NCBI GenBank assembly: GCA_963675755.2
Contig: CAXXMD010000003.1
Location: 1,920,001 to 1,984,000 of the forward strand
Direction: 5' to 3'
From: a bacterium
GTDB lineage: Bacteria > Zhuqueibacterota > Zhuqueibacteria > Residuimicrobiales > Krinioviventaceae
Length of the DNA: 64,000 nucleotides
The notes beneath the pieces were generated by a model that worked only from the letters and a program-made list of their open reading frames with translations, was not told the origin of the DNA and ran no database searches. Positions within the stretch are counted from its first letter, which is position 1; every line of letters starts with the position of its first letter. The position numbers and the translations under genes were made by a program. Shown piece by piece: positions 27,592 to 37,727 of this stretch.

Positions 27592-28500
27592 ATGAAAATC
27601 AGGCTGTTGTTGTGGGTATCTTTTATTATATTGAATTCAGTATTTTGCAGCCAAACAGATCCAACAGAAACCGTCAAAGATCCGGATGTACCCAAATCCG
27701 TTGAGATCCTTAAAGATATTGAATATGCACAAGCAGACGGAAAATCTCTGCTGCTGGATCTGTATGTGAACAAAAGTGTTGATGCAAAAACACCGCTGGT
27801 AGTGTGGATACATGGCGGCGCCTGGTTACATGGAAGCAAGGAAAATCCCAAGCACGCGTTGCGCCTGCTGGATGAGGGATTCTCGGTAGCCAGCGTCAAT
27901 TACCGCCTCAGCGGTGAGGCCTCTTTTCCGGCGCAGATCATTGATTGTAAAGCAGCAATCCGCTGGCTGCGTAAACACGCGGATGAGCACAATATTGACG
28001 GGAGTAAATTCGGGGTATGGGGATCTTCTGCGGGAGGACATCTGGTAGCGCTGTTGGGCACCTCGGGAGAGGTTAAGGATTGGGATATTGGAGATAATAC
28101 AGATGGCTCCAGTAAGGTGCAAGCCGTATGTGACTGGTACGGTCCTACCGATTTTTTGCGTATGGACGATGTGGAAGGCATGCCTTTGCACATTATAGAC
28201 GGATCTCCAGAGACTGCGCTTATTGGCGGCGATCTGCGTGAGAATGCGGATAAAGTTGCGCTTGCGAATCCCATTACCCATATTCACAGTGGATGTCCGC
28301 CTTTTCTCATCATGCACGGCAAAGTGGATTCAACGGTCATCCATCAGCAGAGCATATTGCTGTATGACGCGCTCAAGGCAAAGGATTTACGCGCAGAACT
28401 GGTACTGCTGGATGATATGGGACATGGTGGCAAAGGGTGGAGTGAGCAGGTCCCGCGGGTAGCGGCGTTTTTTAAAAAGGTAATTGGCACTAGAGAGTAA
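27592..28500 (+). CDS. Secreted alpha/beta hydrolase (HSL-like esterase)
   Basis: HGGAW, GSSAGG nucleophile, HG..D and GH triad residues. Confidence 0.9.
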   Translation: MKIRLLLWVSFIILNSVFCSQTDPTETVKDPDVPKSVEILKDIEYAQADGKSLLLDLYVNKSVDAKTPLVVWIHGGAWLHGSKENPKHALRLLDEGFSVASVNYRLSGEASFPAQIIDCKAAIRWLRKHADEHNIDGSKFGVWGSSAGGHLVALLGTSGEVKDWDIGDNTDGSSKVQAVCDWYGPTDFLRMDDVEGMPLHIIDGSPETALIGGDLRENADKVALANPITHIHSGCPPFLIMHGKVDSTVIHQQSILLYDALKAKDLRAELVLLDDMGHGGKGWSEQVPRVAAFFKKVIGTRE

Positions 28501-28515
28501 TATTATTGTTACAAA

Positions 28516-28549
28516 TACTGGTTCCAGTAAATATCTACAGGAACCAGTA
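28516..28549. terminator. Hairpin between convergent genes
   Basis: TACTGGTTCC...GGAACCAGTA inverted repeat. Confidence 0.5.
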
Positions 28550-28568
28550 AGTCAAATTTAAAAGTTTT

Positions 28569-30212
28569 CTAAAACCTCTGTTTATCTGCAACCAATCTGG
28601 CTTTTAATTGCTCATAATCCACATCCTGTACAGCAGTATTCTTCTCGATAGAAAATGATGCTGCGGTTGCCGCTGACTGACCCAATATCATAAATACCGG
28701 TTCCATACGAATGGATCCGAATGCAATATGCGAGGCAGAGACACAAACCGGTACCAGCAGGTTGGTGCATTCCTGCTTTTTGGGGATAATGCTGTTATAG
28801 CTGATTCGGTAGGGACCCGGAACATGCACACCAATATCGCCTTCATTTTGCACAAATCCGTCCGGCTTGATATAACGCTGCGCATTGTGAGAGTCCAGCG
28901 TGTACGAGCCCATGCCTACGGGTTTTTCAACGGGACGTTTTCCGAGCACATCATGCTCGGTCATAACATGTTCACCTATCATGCGGCGAGCTTCGCGCAC
29001 ATAGATCTGGTGCGGCCAGTTGCCATTGTCAACAAACTCGTCTTTGGCGAGTCCCCATTTTTGCATTTTCTGTTGGACCTCTTGCGGAATTCTCGGATCA
29101 TTGGCAATGAAATAGAGCCATCCTTTTTGATAATTTTCATGTTCCTTTAATATTTCTTTGCGGCGGTCATAGCTCGCTTCTGGATAGTCATAGTTCATGC
29201 CGATATTGTCGGTGCTAAAGGGTCCGTGGTTGTTGGTGTCGGTTTTGAGATTGGGGATCATGTCGAATTTATTAAAAGTCTCTCGCCAGCCCGATTCATA
29301 AATCCGAACCAGCAGTTCATATTCTGCGGGATCGTAATTTTCGGGTTTGGGAAAAGGTACCCGATTTTCATCAACTGTGGTTAAACACATACGATAACAG
29401 TATGCCTGAAGACGATGATCGCCCTGGCCTTTTTCGCCCGGAGGTTCTGTGGAAATACGCGGTAACACACCACTTGAGGGATCGCTGGGGATTTTATAAG
29501 GAGAAATGTCGGTTTGAAAATGGTGCTTGTGATGCAGTACACCCACCTGCACGCCATTCCAGGTTTCGTCGTAAACGCTGTTTGCTTCGCGTCCCACATG
29601 ATATGAAACACCTGCAGCCGCCATAAGATCGCCTTCATAGGTAGCGTCGATAAAGACCTTTGCGGTAAAGGTTTTGCCGCTGAGCATGGTAATGGATTGG
29701 ATCTTGCCGTTAGAGGTTTTTACTCCGTTTTCACGGTCAAGCCACTCGTCGCGGAACACCGGGATGTTGAGTTCTTTAACCCACGCATCGTATATTTTTT
29801 CAGCCACATGCGGTTCAAATACCCACATGGTCTGTTCTACATCATTTTTAGCTTTAGTGCCCTGGCCCTGATTTGCAAAATCCTGCATGTTTTCCCATAC
29901 CCAGGCATTGTCTTTCTCATAATGCTGCCAGACACGGTGATAAAATTCTCTCGCCAGTCCGCCAACTGCGCTGGTGTTACCGCCATCAGTCCAGCCGAGG
30001 CCACCGGAAGTGAGTCCGCCAAGGTGCACATCGGGACCTGTGATTGCTACGGAATGGCCCATTTTCTTTGCCTGGATAGCAGCAACCACACCCGAAGAAG
30101 TACCGCCATAGATAACAATATCATATTGCTGGGATTTTGAATTTGTGCAAGATGAATAAATGAATCCGAATATAATGAAAAGTGCCAGGATGCTGATATA
30201 GGTTTTTTTCAT
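28569..30212 (-). CDS. FAD-dependent oxidoreductase, probable lipoprotein
   Basis: DIVIYGG, LGGLTSGGLG, FIDATYEGDL, YVREARRM, SIRMEPVFM; start moved to MKKTY (30212). Confidence 0.88.
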   Translation of the reverse strand: MKKTYISILALFIIFGFIYSSCTNSKSQQYDIVIYGGTSSGVVAAIQAKKMGHSVAITGPDVHLGGLTSGGLGWTDGGNTSAVGGLAREFYHRVWQHYEKDNAWVWENMQDFANQGQGTKAKNDVEQTMWVFEPHVAEKIYDAWVKELNIPVFRDEWLDRENGVKTSNGKIQSITMLSGKTFTAKVFIDATYEGDLMAAAGVSYHVGREANSVYDETWNGVQVGVLHHKHHFQTDISPYKIPSDPSSGVLPRISTEPPGEKGQGDHRLQAYCYRMCLTTVDENRVPFPKPENYDPAEYELLVRIYESGWRETFNKFDMIPNLKTDTNNHGPFSTDNIGMNYDYPEASYDRRKEILKEHENYQKGWLYFIANDPRIPQEVQQKMQKWGLAKDEFVDNGNWPHQIYVREARRMIGEHVMTEHDVLGKRPVEKPVGMGSYTLDSHNAQRYIKPDGFVQNEGDIGVHVPGPYRISYNSIIPKKQECTNLLVPVCVSASHIAFGSIRMEPVFMILGQSAATAASFSIEKNTAVQDVDYEQLKARLVADKQRF

Positions 30213-30390
30213 ACTGCCCTCAATGTTTTTAATTTCCTTTACCCGATTAAAAATACACAAATCAAGTTTAGAATCAAAACAAAAAGGGCCAACAAGACAC
30301 ATGAACTGACACCAAAAGAACGGAGAGATCGAGTGAGTATAAGGGGGTGGGATAAAGGAAACAATGTATATAGAAAAAAACACAAAACGG

Positions 30391-30421
30391 GATCGTGACG
30401 GAGATAATCTCCGTCACGATC
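30391..30421. repeat. 31-bp perfect palindrome, copy 3 (centre A)
   Basis: GATCGTGACGGAGAT-A-ATCTCCGTCACGATC. Confidence 0.95.
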
Positions 30422-30622
30422 TTTTTTCAGTATTTATCTGCGCGTGTTTGTCTTTTGCGAATTCGTCGAGAGTAGCGGGTAGTTAATAAATATTTTTATA
30501 TTTTACCATGGTTTATTTCAGACCGGCCCTTCGATACTCTCGTGAGCTAAATGCTCACTCGAACTCAGGGACCGTTCTTTTTTTTGCATCTATTATTATT
30601 AATGAAATAAATTTATTTTTTA

Positions 30623-30650
30623 TAGGGACTGGTCTCAGGCCAGCCCCTAC
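30623..30650 (-). repeat. GTAG-tagged REP-like hairpin
   Basis: Minus strand GTAGGGGCTGGCCTGAGACCAGTCCCTA. Confidence 0.6.
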
Positions 30651-30677
30651 ATCAACGCTTTATCAAAACATCATGAA

Positions 30678-33569
30678 TCATTTTATCTGCTGTTCCAGCC
30701 ATTTCATGGCGGGATAGGGGAGCCCTTCATGTCCGCCTTTAAACAGGGTAACGCGGGCATTACCGCTTTGACGGCGAAACAGAACAGTTTTATCTCCGTA
30801 CCAGACATCTGGTTTACATTTGTTTTTCAGGTTTTCTGGTAATTCCTGGTTTTCAACAATATAATCAATGTCCTTTTTTGCGATTTTATCATTGTCTGCT
30901 GCAAGCACGTTAAAGGCATTGAGAGAATGACTCACCGGAACGCTGCCTGTATGACCGTCATGGATACCCGCATTGATATCAAGCGGTAGTCCTTTTGCAT
31001 TTTGTAAAAAGAACAGAGAAGAGCGATTTTTATATTCTTCATCTATTTGTTTGCTTGTACCAGGCTCACCACCGGTGGAATTGAGAATCATGTCCGCATA
31101 ACGATTGCCGCGGTCACGGCTTTCATAGTACCAGGCTTTAATGTCGGAAATGGGCACCCATGCCGATACAGCGGTCCAGACCTCGGGGTGTTTTGCCGCC
31201 ATTAGCAGAGAGGCATGTCCGCCACCTGAGCTACCCATAAGATAGATGCGGGAGGTATCTACATTTGCTATGCCTTTGGCAAAATCCACTGCACTTAGAA
31301 TATCCTGAGCCATCAGGTCGGAGCCGGTTGCCTCGGGACGATTATTGGGACCGCGAAAGTTGGGGTGGATGAATATCCAATCTTTTTCAATGCACCAGCG
31401 GGCCTGAGGGACCTGGGAATCCTGTGTGTAATCTCCGGACCAAGAGTGCAGGCAAACCAACAGCGGACGGGGAGAGTCGCAATCCGGTTGATAAAACATG
31501 GCAGGTTGATAGCTATTATCTGCTTTGCTGAGGTATTGGATTTCTTTGACCGGTTCCGGCCAGTTACGGGGACCTATAGCTGTAAAGTCTATGGGTGAAA
31601 AACCGTTACTGATTGCGGGAGAATCCGTCATCAGATCATAATCGTCTTTTTCCGGATTTGTGAATCCAGGAGCATCGAATTGTGAATGGAGGTCCTGTCC
31701 TTTTTTCTTCCAGTCATCAAAAGGCATTCCTGCAAAAGTAATGGGTTTACCGTCAAGACGATAATAATGGTTGTTGTTGAACTGGTAATTGTTTTTTTTC
31801 CAGTTCTTGCCCAGCAAGTCGGTTCCGTACCAATAGACGATATTGTTTTCAAAGGTAAAGCTAAGGTGTTCTTCGTTACGGGAACGTTGTATTTGCTGCT
31901 CGCGTGCGTGGGCAAAAATATTATTGCGGATAATATTTTCTTTACCATAATGCTGATGGAACCCGGCGCTTTTGGTTCGGTATACAATATTATTCTCGAG
32001 AATAATTCCGGTGCTGCCTTCGTCCGTATACAATCCCCAGCCGCCATAACCCCACGAATCCACGTCATGGATACGATTATTACGTACAACCGTGCCGGGA
32101 GAAATGCCTAGCAGATAGACGCCACCCATATCTGAAAGCATTTTTTGTCCTACATGGTGAATGTGATTGTATTCGATATGATTGTTTACGCTGACGCTTG
32201 GTGTATAACCCCATACCCATCCCGCTGATATACCGGTATAATACAAATGATGTATATGGTTATGGGCAATCACATTATTATCTGCGTTCTGTAAAAAGAC
32301 CCCAACACCGCTGTGATATATCTGCCCCATATGATGCAGGTGATTATCTGTAATTGTGATATTGCCGGTTCGTAATAGCGTGTCACTTTTTGCGTTACCA
32401 CCGGAGAGGCGAATACCGCCAGCGCCCAGGTCAGCCAGTTCATTGTTGGTAATTTGTATTTCTCTACAACCCTCTGCCAGCTCTATACCATAGGTGCCGG
32501 TGTGTCTTATAATCGAGTTTTCGAAACGAATGTTTCTCGCTCCGGTCATATAGATTGTACCTGGTACCGTATTGGCGGCTTGCAGATCTCCGGCATCATC
32601 CGCGGGAAGCTGCCAGCCGGTATGCTCAAATATCAGGTTTTTGAACTGGATGTTCTCAATCCGTTTTCCGGCAGAGGGATCTCCCTCCAATCGCAGCAAT
32701 TGAGAACATTGTGGTACAAACACTTTGGCACTATTCATATCTTCGCCGGGCATGGCAAGGTAGGAGAGAATGCCGGTTTTACGGTCCCAGTACCATTCAC
32801 CGGGACTGTCCATGCCTTCGTAAACATTGTCAATATAGTATCGGGCACCAGAGTTGTTGTAATCATCAGTCAGTTTTCTGCGACTCGATTTTTGAAACGT
32901 AACGATCCGTTCATTGTCATCAATGCTTTTTACCGGCAGGTGGGTGTCTACCCAGAAATGCAGAACCACCACTTCAATGTCCGTTATATTTTTCCAGTCA
33001 CCGCTCATATCGCCATCAGCATAGCGGAACAGGTTTGCGGGTGTATTGTAACGGGCTTTGGGATCGAGTCCTGGATTTTCCTCAATAAGGAAATGACCGG
33101 CATTGGGAGTACGCGCTCTGAATCGGCGTTCACCATTAACAAAGAGTTGACGGAAGGGGATGTCAGTTTCAACTTTGGCTTGCCACAGGTTGTTGCCTTT
33201 GAACTCCCAACCGGAAACTTGTTTTCCTCCCGAAATGACGGGGTGTTCACCGGGGTATGCTTCAATCACCAGTGAATTGCCGAAATCTTTTGGTTTAAAC
33301 AAAAGTGGGGAAGATAACTCGTATCTGCCCTGTTCTATTTTTATGATAATTTTATTATTACGGATATCGGGAGAAAGCGCTTTAACAGATTCCAGTGCAT
33401 GCTCCAGCGATTCAAAGGGTCCGTCTGATTTATCAGTGTTTGGATTTGCAATGTTTCCTGACCATGAATTGTTACCGGAAGGAGAAACATAAAAAATGAC
33501 AGGTTCAGCAGAAAAAAGAAAGGTTGTAAAGAGAATCGAAACAGTGAAAACAACTGACAGGATTTTCAT
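30678..33569 (-). CDS. Secreted right-handed beta-helix protein (GH141-like) fused to a C-terminal alpha/beta hydrolase
   Basis: FYVSP.G..DGPF, RQLFVNG, DMGGVY, GLYTDEGS; C-terminal HSWSG, GSSGGG, GGHE. Confidence 0.8.
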   Translation of the reverse strand: MKILSVVFTVSILFTTFLFSAEPVIFYVSPSGNNSWSGNIANPNTDKSDGPFESLEHALESVKALSPDIRNNKIIIKIEQGRYELSSPLLFKPKDFGNSLVIEAYPGEHPVISGGKQVSGWEFKGNNLWQAKVETDIPFRQLFVNGERRFRARTPNAGHFLIEENPGLDPKARYNTPANLFRYADGDMSGDWKNITDIEVVVLHFWVDTHLPVKSIDDNERIVTFQKSSRRKLTDDYNNSGARYYIDNVYEGMDSPGEWYWDRKTGILSYLAMPGEDMNSAKVFVPQCSQLLRLEGDPSAGKRIENIQFKNLIFEHTGWQLPADDAGDLQAANTVPGTIYMTGARNIRFENSIIRHTGTYGIELAEGCREIQITNNELADLGAGGIRLSGGNAKSDTLLRTGNITITDNHLHHMGQIYHSGVGVFLQNADNNVIAHNHIHHLYYTGISAGWVWGYTPSVSVNNHIEYNHIHHVGQKMLSDMGGVYLLGISPGTVVRNNRIHDVDSWGYGGWGLYTDEGSTGIILENNIVYRTKSAGFHQHYGKENIIRNNIFAHAREQQIQRSRNEEHLSFTFENNIVYWYGTDLLGKNWKKNNYQFNNNHYYRLDGKPITFAGMPFDDWKKKGQDLHSQFDAPGFTNPEKDDYDLMTDSPAISNGFSPIDFTAIGPRNWPEPVKEIQYLSKADNSYQPAMFYQPDCDSPRPLLVCLHSWSGDYTQDSQVPQARWCIEKDWIFIHPNFRGPNNRPEATGSDLMAQDILSAVDFAKGIANVDTSRIYLMGSSGGGHASLLMAAKHPEVWTAVSAWVPISDIKAWYYESRDRGNRYADMILNSTGGEPGTSKQIDEEYKNRSSLFFLQNAKGLPLDINAGIHDGHTGSVPVSHSLNAFNVLAADNDKIAKKDIDYIVENQELPENLKNKCKPDVWYGDKTVLFRRQSGNARVTLFKGGHEGLPYPAMKWLEQQIK

Positions 33570-33833
33570 TGATATCTCCCGATTTGTTAGAGTTTAAATA
33601 TATTCGCTGAACATGAAAATGGGAAATTCTGCTTTAAAAGTCAAGATTGAATAAAGTGTAAAAATGTGTAAATTTCTTCTTGTTTTTAGCCTGTTTTTCC
33701 GAAATTTAAAGTAATTATGATGATTTCCCTTGACATCATGGTATATATTTTGCATAATATACAATACCAATTAAAATAAAATTTGTTTTTATTTTTGACT
33801 GGTTATTAATAATAAACCGGGTGGGAAGAGTAT

Positions 33834-36800
33834 TTGAATTTAAATTCTGCAATAATTTATGTTGACCTTCAAGGTATTGTTTTTAAAGCAGGTAGGGATG
33901 CTTTAAAAATTTTGAAAATATCAGAATCTGATTTTATAGGAAAGCGAATATCTGATTATATTCCTGAATTAAGTGAGGAATTATCCGAGATTTATAGTAA
34001 TTATGAAACAGGGAAAAAATGTAAGATTTTAAATCCTTTACTACCACATGCAACATTATCTTTATCAAATGTTCAGATTTTACCACTTTATGATACACAA
34101 AAATTGACTGGATTTTTAGTCACTTTGGATAAATTGAAAAAACAAAATGATTTAAATCCGCACTTTCTGAATGTAGATTGTGATAGCTTTTATGAAAATT
34201 CACCTTTATCATATCAATCATTAGATATTAATGGTAATATTTTAAATATAAATTCAAGCTGGTGCTCGAATCTGGGATATAGCAGAGATAATGTCATTGG
34301 CAAGGGATTTGGTGATTTTTTTGATCCCAAAGATAAACCGATTTTTGATAATATCTTAAAAAAGATAAAAGAACAGGGGTATTTAGAGAACCAGGAATTT
34401 CGATTGGTAAAAAAAGATGGTACTTTAATAAATATTTCTTTTGACGGCAAGTTGAGTACAACTCTGGAAGGTGTATTTAAAAAGATATGTTGTGTTTTTA
34501 AAGATGTATCTAATGCAAGTCAGACCATAGATACTTTGAGTATAAGCAAGAAACATCTGCTTAATATTTCTTCATTGACCACTGATTATGCCTATTCCAT
34601 TCTTTTAAAAGGTAAAGGGGACTTTGATGTAGAATGGGAATATGGATCATTTGAAAAACTGGCAGGCTTTTCATTTTCAGAACTCTATAGTAAAAGGGAT
34701 TACCAAAAAAAATTCCATCCGGATGATATTCCTCAGGTACATGAAACATTTGAAACTATTATGCAGGGTAAAAAGGTCTCTTTAGAGTGCAGGATTATTA
34801 CTCAAGATGGTGAAGTAAAGTGGATGCAGTTTATTGGAGTACCCGAGTGGGATGATGAGAAAGCAACTTTGATTCGAATTTTTGGAACAGTCAAAGAAAT
34901 TACCAATCAAAAAGAAACAGATCTGGCACTTCAAAACAGTGAAAAACAATATCGCCAGTTATTTGAACATATGAATTCAGCGTTTGCTTTGCATAAAATT
35001 GTTACCGATGAAAAGGGGAAACCTGTTGATTATATTTTTCTGGAAGTGAATCCTAAATTTGAAGAAATTACCGGTTTAAAGGCCAGGGATATTGTTGGAA
35101 AGCGCGTACTGGAGGTTTTACCACAGACTGAAGCCTCGTGGATTGAAAAATATGGCAAGGTTGCACTTTCCGGAGAATCTTTGTTTTTTACAAATTACGC
35201 TAAAGAGCTGGACCGTTATTATGAAGTACAGGCATACTCTACGGAAAAAGGCTTTTTTGCGACAACTTTTTTAGATATTTCCGAACGAATTCATAATGAA
35301 AATGAATTAAAAGAACGTGAAGAGCGATTTAGACAATTGTTTAATAATATCTCTGGCGGTGTCGCAATATATAAAGCAGTTGATGAGGGTGAGGATTTTA
35401 TCGTTGTCGATATAAACCACGCCGGGCAGGAATTGAGTCAGGTTAAACTTGAACAAATTCAAAATAAAAGAATTACCGAGGTGTTTCCGGGCGTAAAGGA
35501 TTTTGGTTTGTTCAAGGTCATGCAACGCGTTTGGAAAACCGGTCAGGCTGAGTTTTTGCCTTTAAAACAATACAAAGATACCCGTATACAGGAATGGGTT
35601 GAAAATTATGTTTTTAAACTTCCGTCCGGTCTCATTGTTGCCTTGTATGAAGATACCAGTGAGCAAAGAAGATCAGAGCAGGCATTAACGGATGCTGAAA
35701 AAAAATATAGAACCGTAGCTGAATATACATTTGACTGGGAATTCTGGACAGATAATAAAGGGAGAAATCAGTATGTCTCTCCATCTTGTGAACGCATATC
35801 CGGTTATAGTGCTAAAGAGTATGTTGAAAATCCTGATTTGTTGTTCCAGATCATTCTGCCGGAAGACCGACATTTTTGGCATGAACATCTGGCTGCATTA
35901 AAATCAGATAAAACCAGCCATCCTTTGATTCAGTTCAGAATAAAAAAGAAAACCGGGGAAATTGTTTGGATTGAACATTCTTGTCAGCTTGTCTTTGATA
36001 AAGATGGAAATTCACTTGGGCATCGCGGCAGCAATAGAGATATTACAGACCGGAAGAAGCAGGGGGAATTGGTAAAAAAACAAGGGGAAAGACTTGAAAG
36101 TCTTTTCAGAATATCTCAAAAACGAACGGATTCATATCAGGAATTATTAGATTATGCGTTAAAAGAAGCTATTGTGCTAACGGAAAGCAAAATCGGTTAT
36201 ATTTATTTTTATAGTGAAGAGAAAGAACAGTTTGAACTTCATTCGTGGTCTGATGATGCTATGAAAGAATGCCAGGTTATGGATGCACAAACTGTATATA
36301 ATTTAAATGCAACCGGATGTTGGGGGGAGGCAGTAAGGCAACGTAAAGCCTTTATTGTGAATGAATATTCAACAAAGAATCCTTATGTTAGAGGAATTCC
36401 TGACGGCCATGTCAGGCTGGAAAAGTTTTTGACTGTTCCGGTTTTTTCAGATGATGAGATTGTAGCTGTTGTTGGTGTTGCCAATAAAAAACAGGACTAT
36501 GACCAACAGGATATTGATCAGCTAACCTTGTTAATGGACAGTGTTTGGAGTATTGTAGCCCGTCAAAAGGCATTTATAGAGATTCAATCTGCCAAAGTCC
36601 TTGCAGAAAAGGCAAACAGGGCCAAGAGTGATTTTCTTGCCAATATGAGCCATGAATTGAGAACACCTATGAATGGTATATTGGGAATGATGTCTCTGAT
36701 TGATGATGATTCTATTGATCCGCGACAGCTTGCATTTATTAACATGGCAAGAGAGTCTGCAAATCATTTACTGTATCTGATAGAAGATATGCTCGAGTTG

Positions 36801-37721
36801 TCTCGAATTGATATTGGAAAAATTACCCTCCGTTCCGAGAAATTTAATATTGTTGAACTGGTTTCTGATCTTTTAAGTACATTAAAGATCAGAGCAGAAG
36901 AAAAGGGATTGTCTTTTGTTTTTGAATATTCAAAGACAAATATAGAATATTTTGGAGACAGGCACCGAATTACCCAGATTTTGGTGAATTTGTTGACCAA
37001 TGCGATTAAGTACTCGCAAAAGGGAACAATATATATCAAGATAATGCTTGAAAAAAATCTGATTATAAGTGTTAGAGACGAGGGGATTGGTATTCCGGCA
37101 AACAGGATAGACGAGATCTTTGAACCGTTTCACCAACTTGAAGACCCATACACCAAAGAACATGGTGGAATAGGTGCCGGCCTTGCTATCGTTAAAAATT
37201 TGTTAGATCTTTTAGGGGGTTCAATATCGGTGCATTCATTTGTTAATGAAGGATCAGAGTTTGTTATTTCGCTTCCAATTCAAAAAACACCCGTACTCAA
37301 GACCGAGAAGCAGAAAACCAGTGTTAAAAACAAAAAAGATAATAAAATTAAGAAACTTACAATTCTGGTGGTTGAAGACGAAGCAATTAATCGTATCTAT
37401 GTTCGGTCAATATTAGAAAACAGCAAGTTTAATGTATTGGAAGCCGGGAATGGTTTGGAAGCTGTTGATATGGTTAAACGTCATAAACCGGATTGTGTAT
37501 TGATGGATATTGGTTTGCCTGTTTTAAATGGAATTGAAGCTACAAAACAGATCAAAGAAAATCCCAATTGTAAAGAAATACCTGTCATTGCAGTTACTGC
37601 TCATGCGCTTCATGAAGATCGTGAGCGAATTTACAGATCTGGGGTTTCAAATGTAGTGGTTAAACCCTACGCAGAAAAGAGTCTAATTGATGCGATACAT
37701 GCGGTAACTCAGATGGTTTAG
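33834..37721 (+). CDS. Multi-PAS/GAF hybrid histidine kinase
   Basis: Several PAS/PAC repeats, GAF, H-box FLANMSHELRTP, N/G boxes, C-terminal receiver (VEDE, MDIGLP, KP). Confidence 0.95.
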   Translation: MNLNSAIIYVDLQGIVFKAGRDALKILKISESDFIGKRISDYIPELSEELSEIYSNYETGKKCKILNPLLPHATLSLSNVQILPLYDTQKLTGFLVTLDKLKKQNDLNPHFLNVDCDSFYENSPLSYQSLDINGNILNINSSWCSNLGYSRDNVIGKGFGDFFDPKDKPIFDNILKKIKEQGYLENQEFRLVKKDGTLINISFDGKLSTTLEGVFKKICCVFKDVSNASQTIDTLSISKKHLLNISSLTTDYAYSILLKGKGDFDVEWEYGSFEKLAGFSFSELYSKRDYQKKFHPDDIPQVHETFETIMQGKKVSLECRIITQDGEVKWMQFIGVPEWDDEKATLIRIFGTVKEITNQKETDLALQNSEKQYRQLFEHMNSAFALHKIVTDEKGKPVDYIFLEVNPKFEEITGLKARDIVGKRVLEVLPQTEASWIEKYGKVALSGESLFFTNYAKELDRYYEVQAYSTEKGFFATTFLDISERIHNENELKEREERFRQLFNNISGGVAIYKAVDEGEDFIVVDINHAGQELSQVKLEQIQNKRITEVFPGVKDFGLFKVMQRVWKTGQAEFLPLKQYKDTRIQEWVENYVFKLPSGLIVALYEDTSEQRRSEQALTDAEKKYRTVAEYTFDWEFWTDNKGRNQYVSPSCERISGYSAKEYVENPDLLFQIILPEDRHFWHEHLAALKSDKTSHPLIQFRIKKKTGEIVWIEHSCQLVFDKDGNSLGHRGSNRDITDRKKQGELVKKQGERLESLFRISQKRTDSYQELLDYALKEAIVLTESKIGYIYFYSEEKEQFELHSWSDDAMKECQVMDAQTVYNLNATGCWGEAVRQRKAFIVNEYSTKNPYVRGIPDGHVRLEKFLTVPVFSDDEIVAVVGVANKKQDYDQQDIDQLTLLMDSVWSIVARQKAFIEIQSAKVLAEKANRAKSDFLANMSHELRTPMNGILGMMSLIDDDSIDPRQLAFINMARESANHLLYLIEDMLELSRIDIGKITLRSEKFNIVELVSDLLSTLKIRAEEKGLSFVFEYSKTNIEYFGDRHRITQILVNLLTNAIKYSQKGTIYIKIMLEKNLIISVRDEGIGIPANRIDEIFEPFHQLEDPYTKEHGGIGAGLAIVKNLLDLLGGSISVHSFVNEGSEFVISLPIQKTPVLKTEKQKTSVKNKKDNKIKKLTILVVEDEAINRIYVRSILENSKFNVLEAGNGLEAVDMVKRHKPDCVLMDIGLPVLNGIEATKQIKENPNCKEIPVIAVTAHALHEDRERIYRSGVSNVVVKPYAEKSLIDAIHAVTQMV

Positions 37722-37727
37722 TTCTGG

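Noticed and set aside
20100-37721. Classical integrative island or prophage at tRNA-Lys
   Set aside because: No integrase, phage or conjugation genes, and no distal tRNA 3' copy noticed beyond 20529
33834-37721. Hybrid kinase as a novel system
   Set aside because: Multi-PAS/GAF hybrid kinases are common; nothing beyond AT-richness stands out
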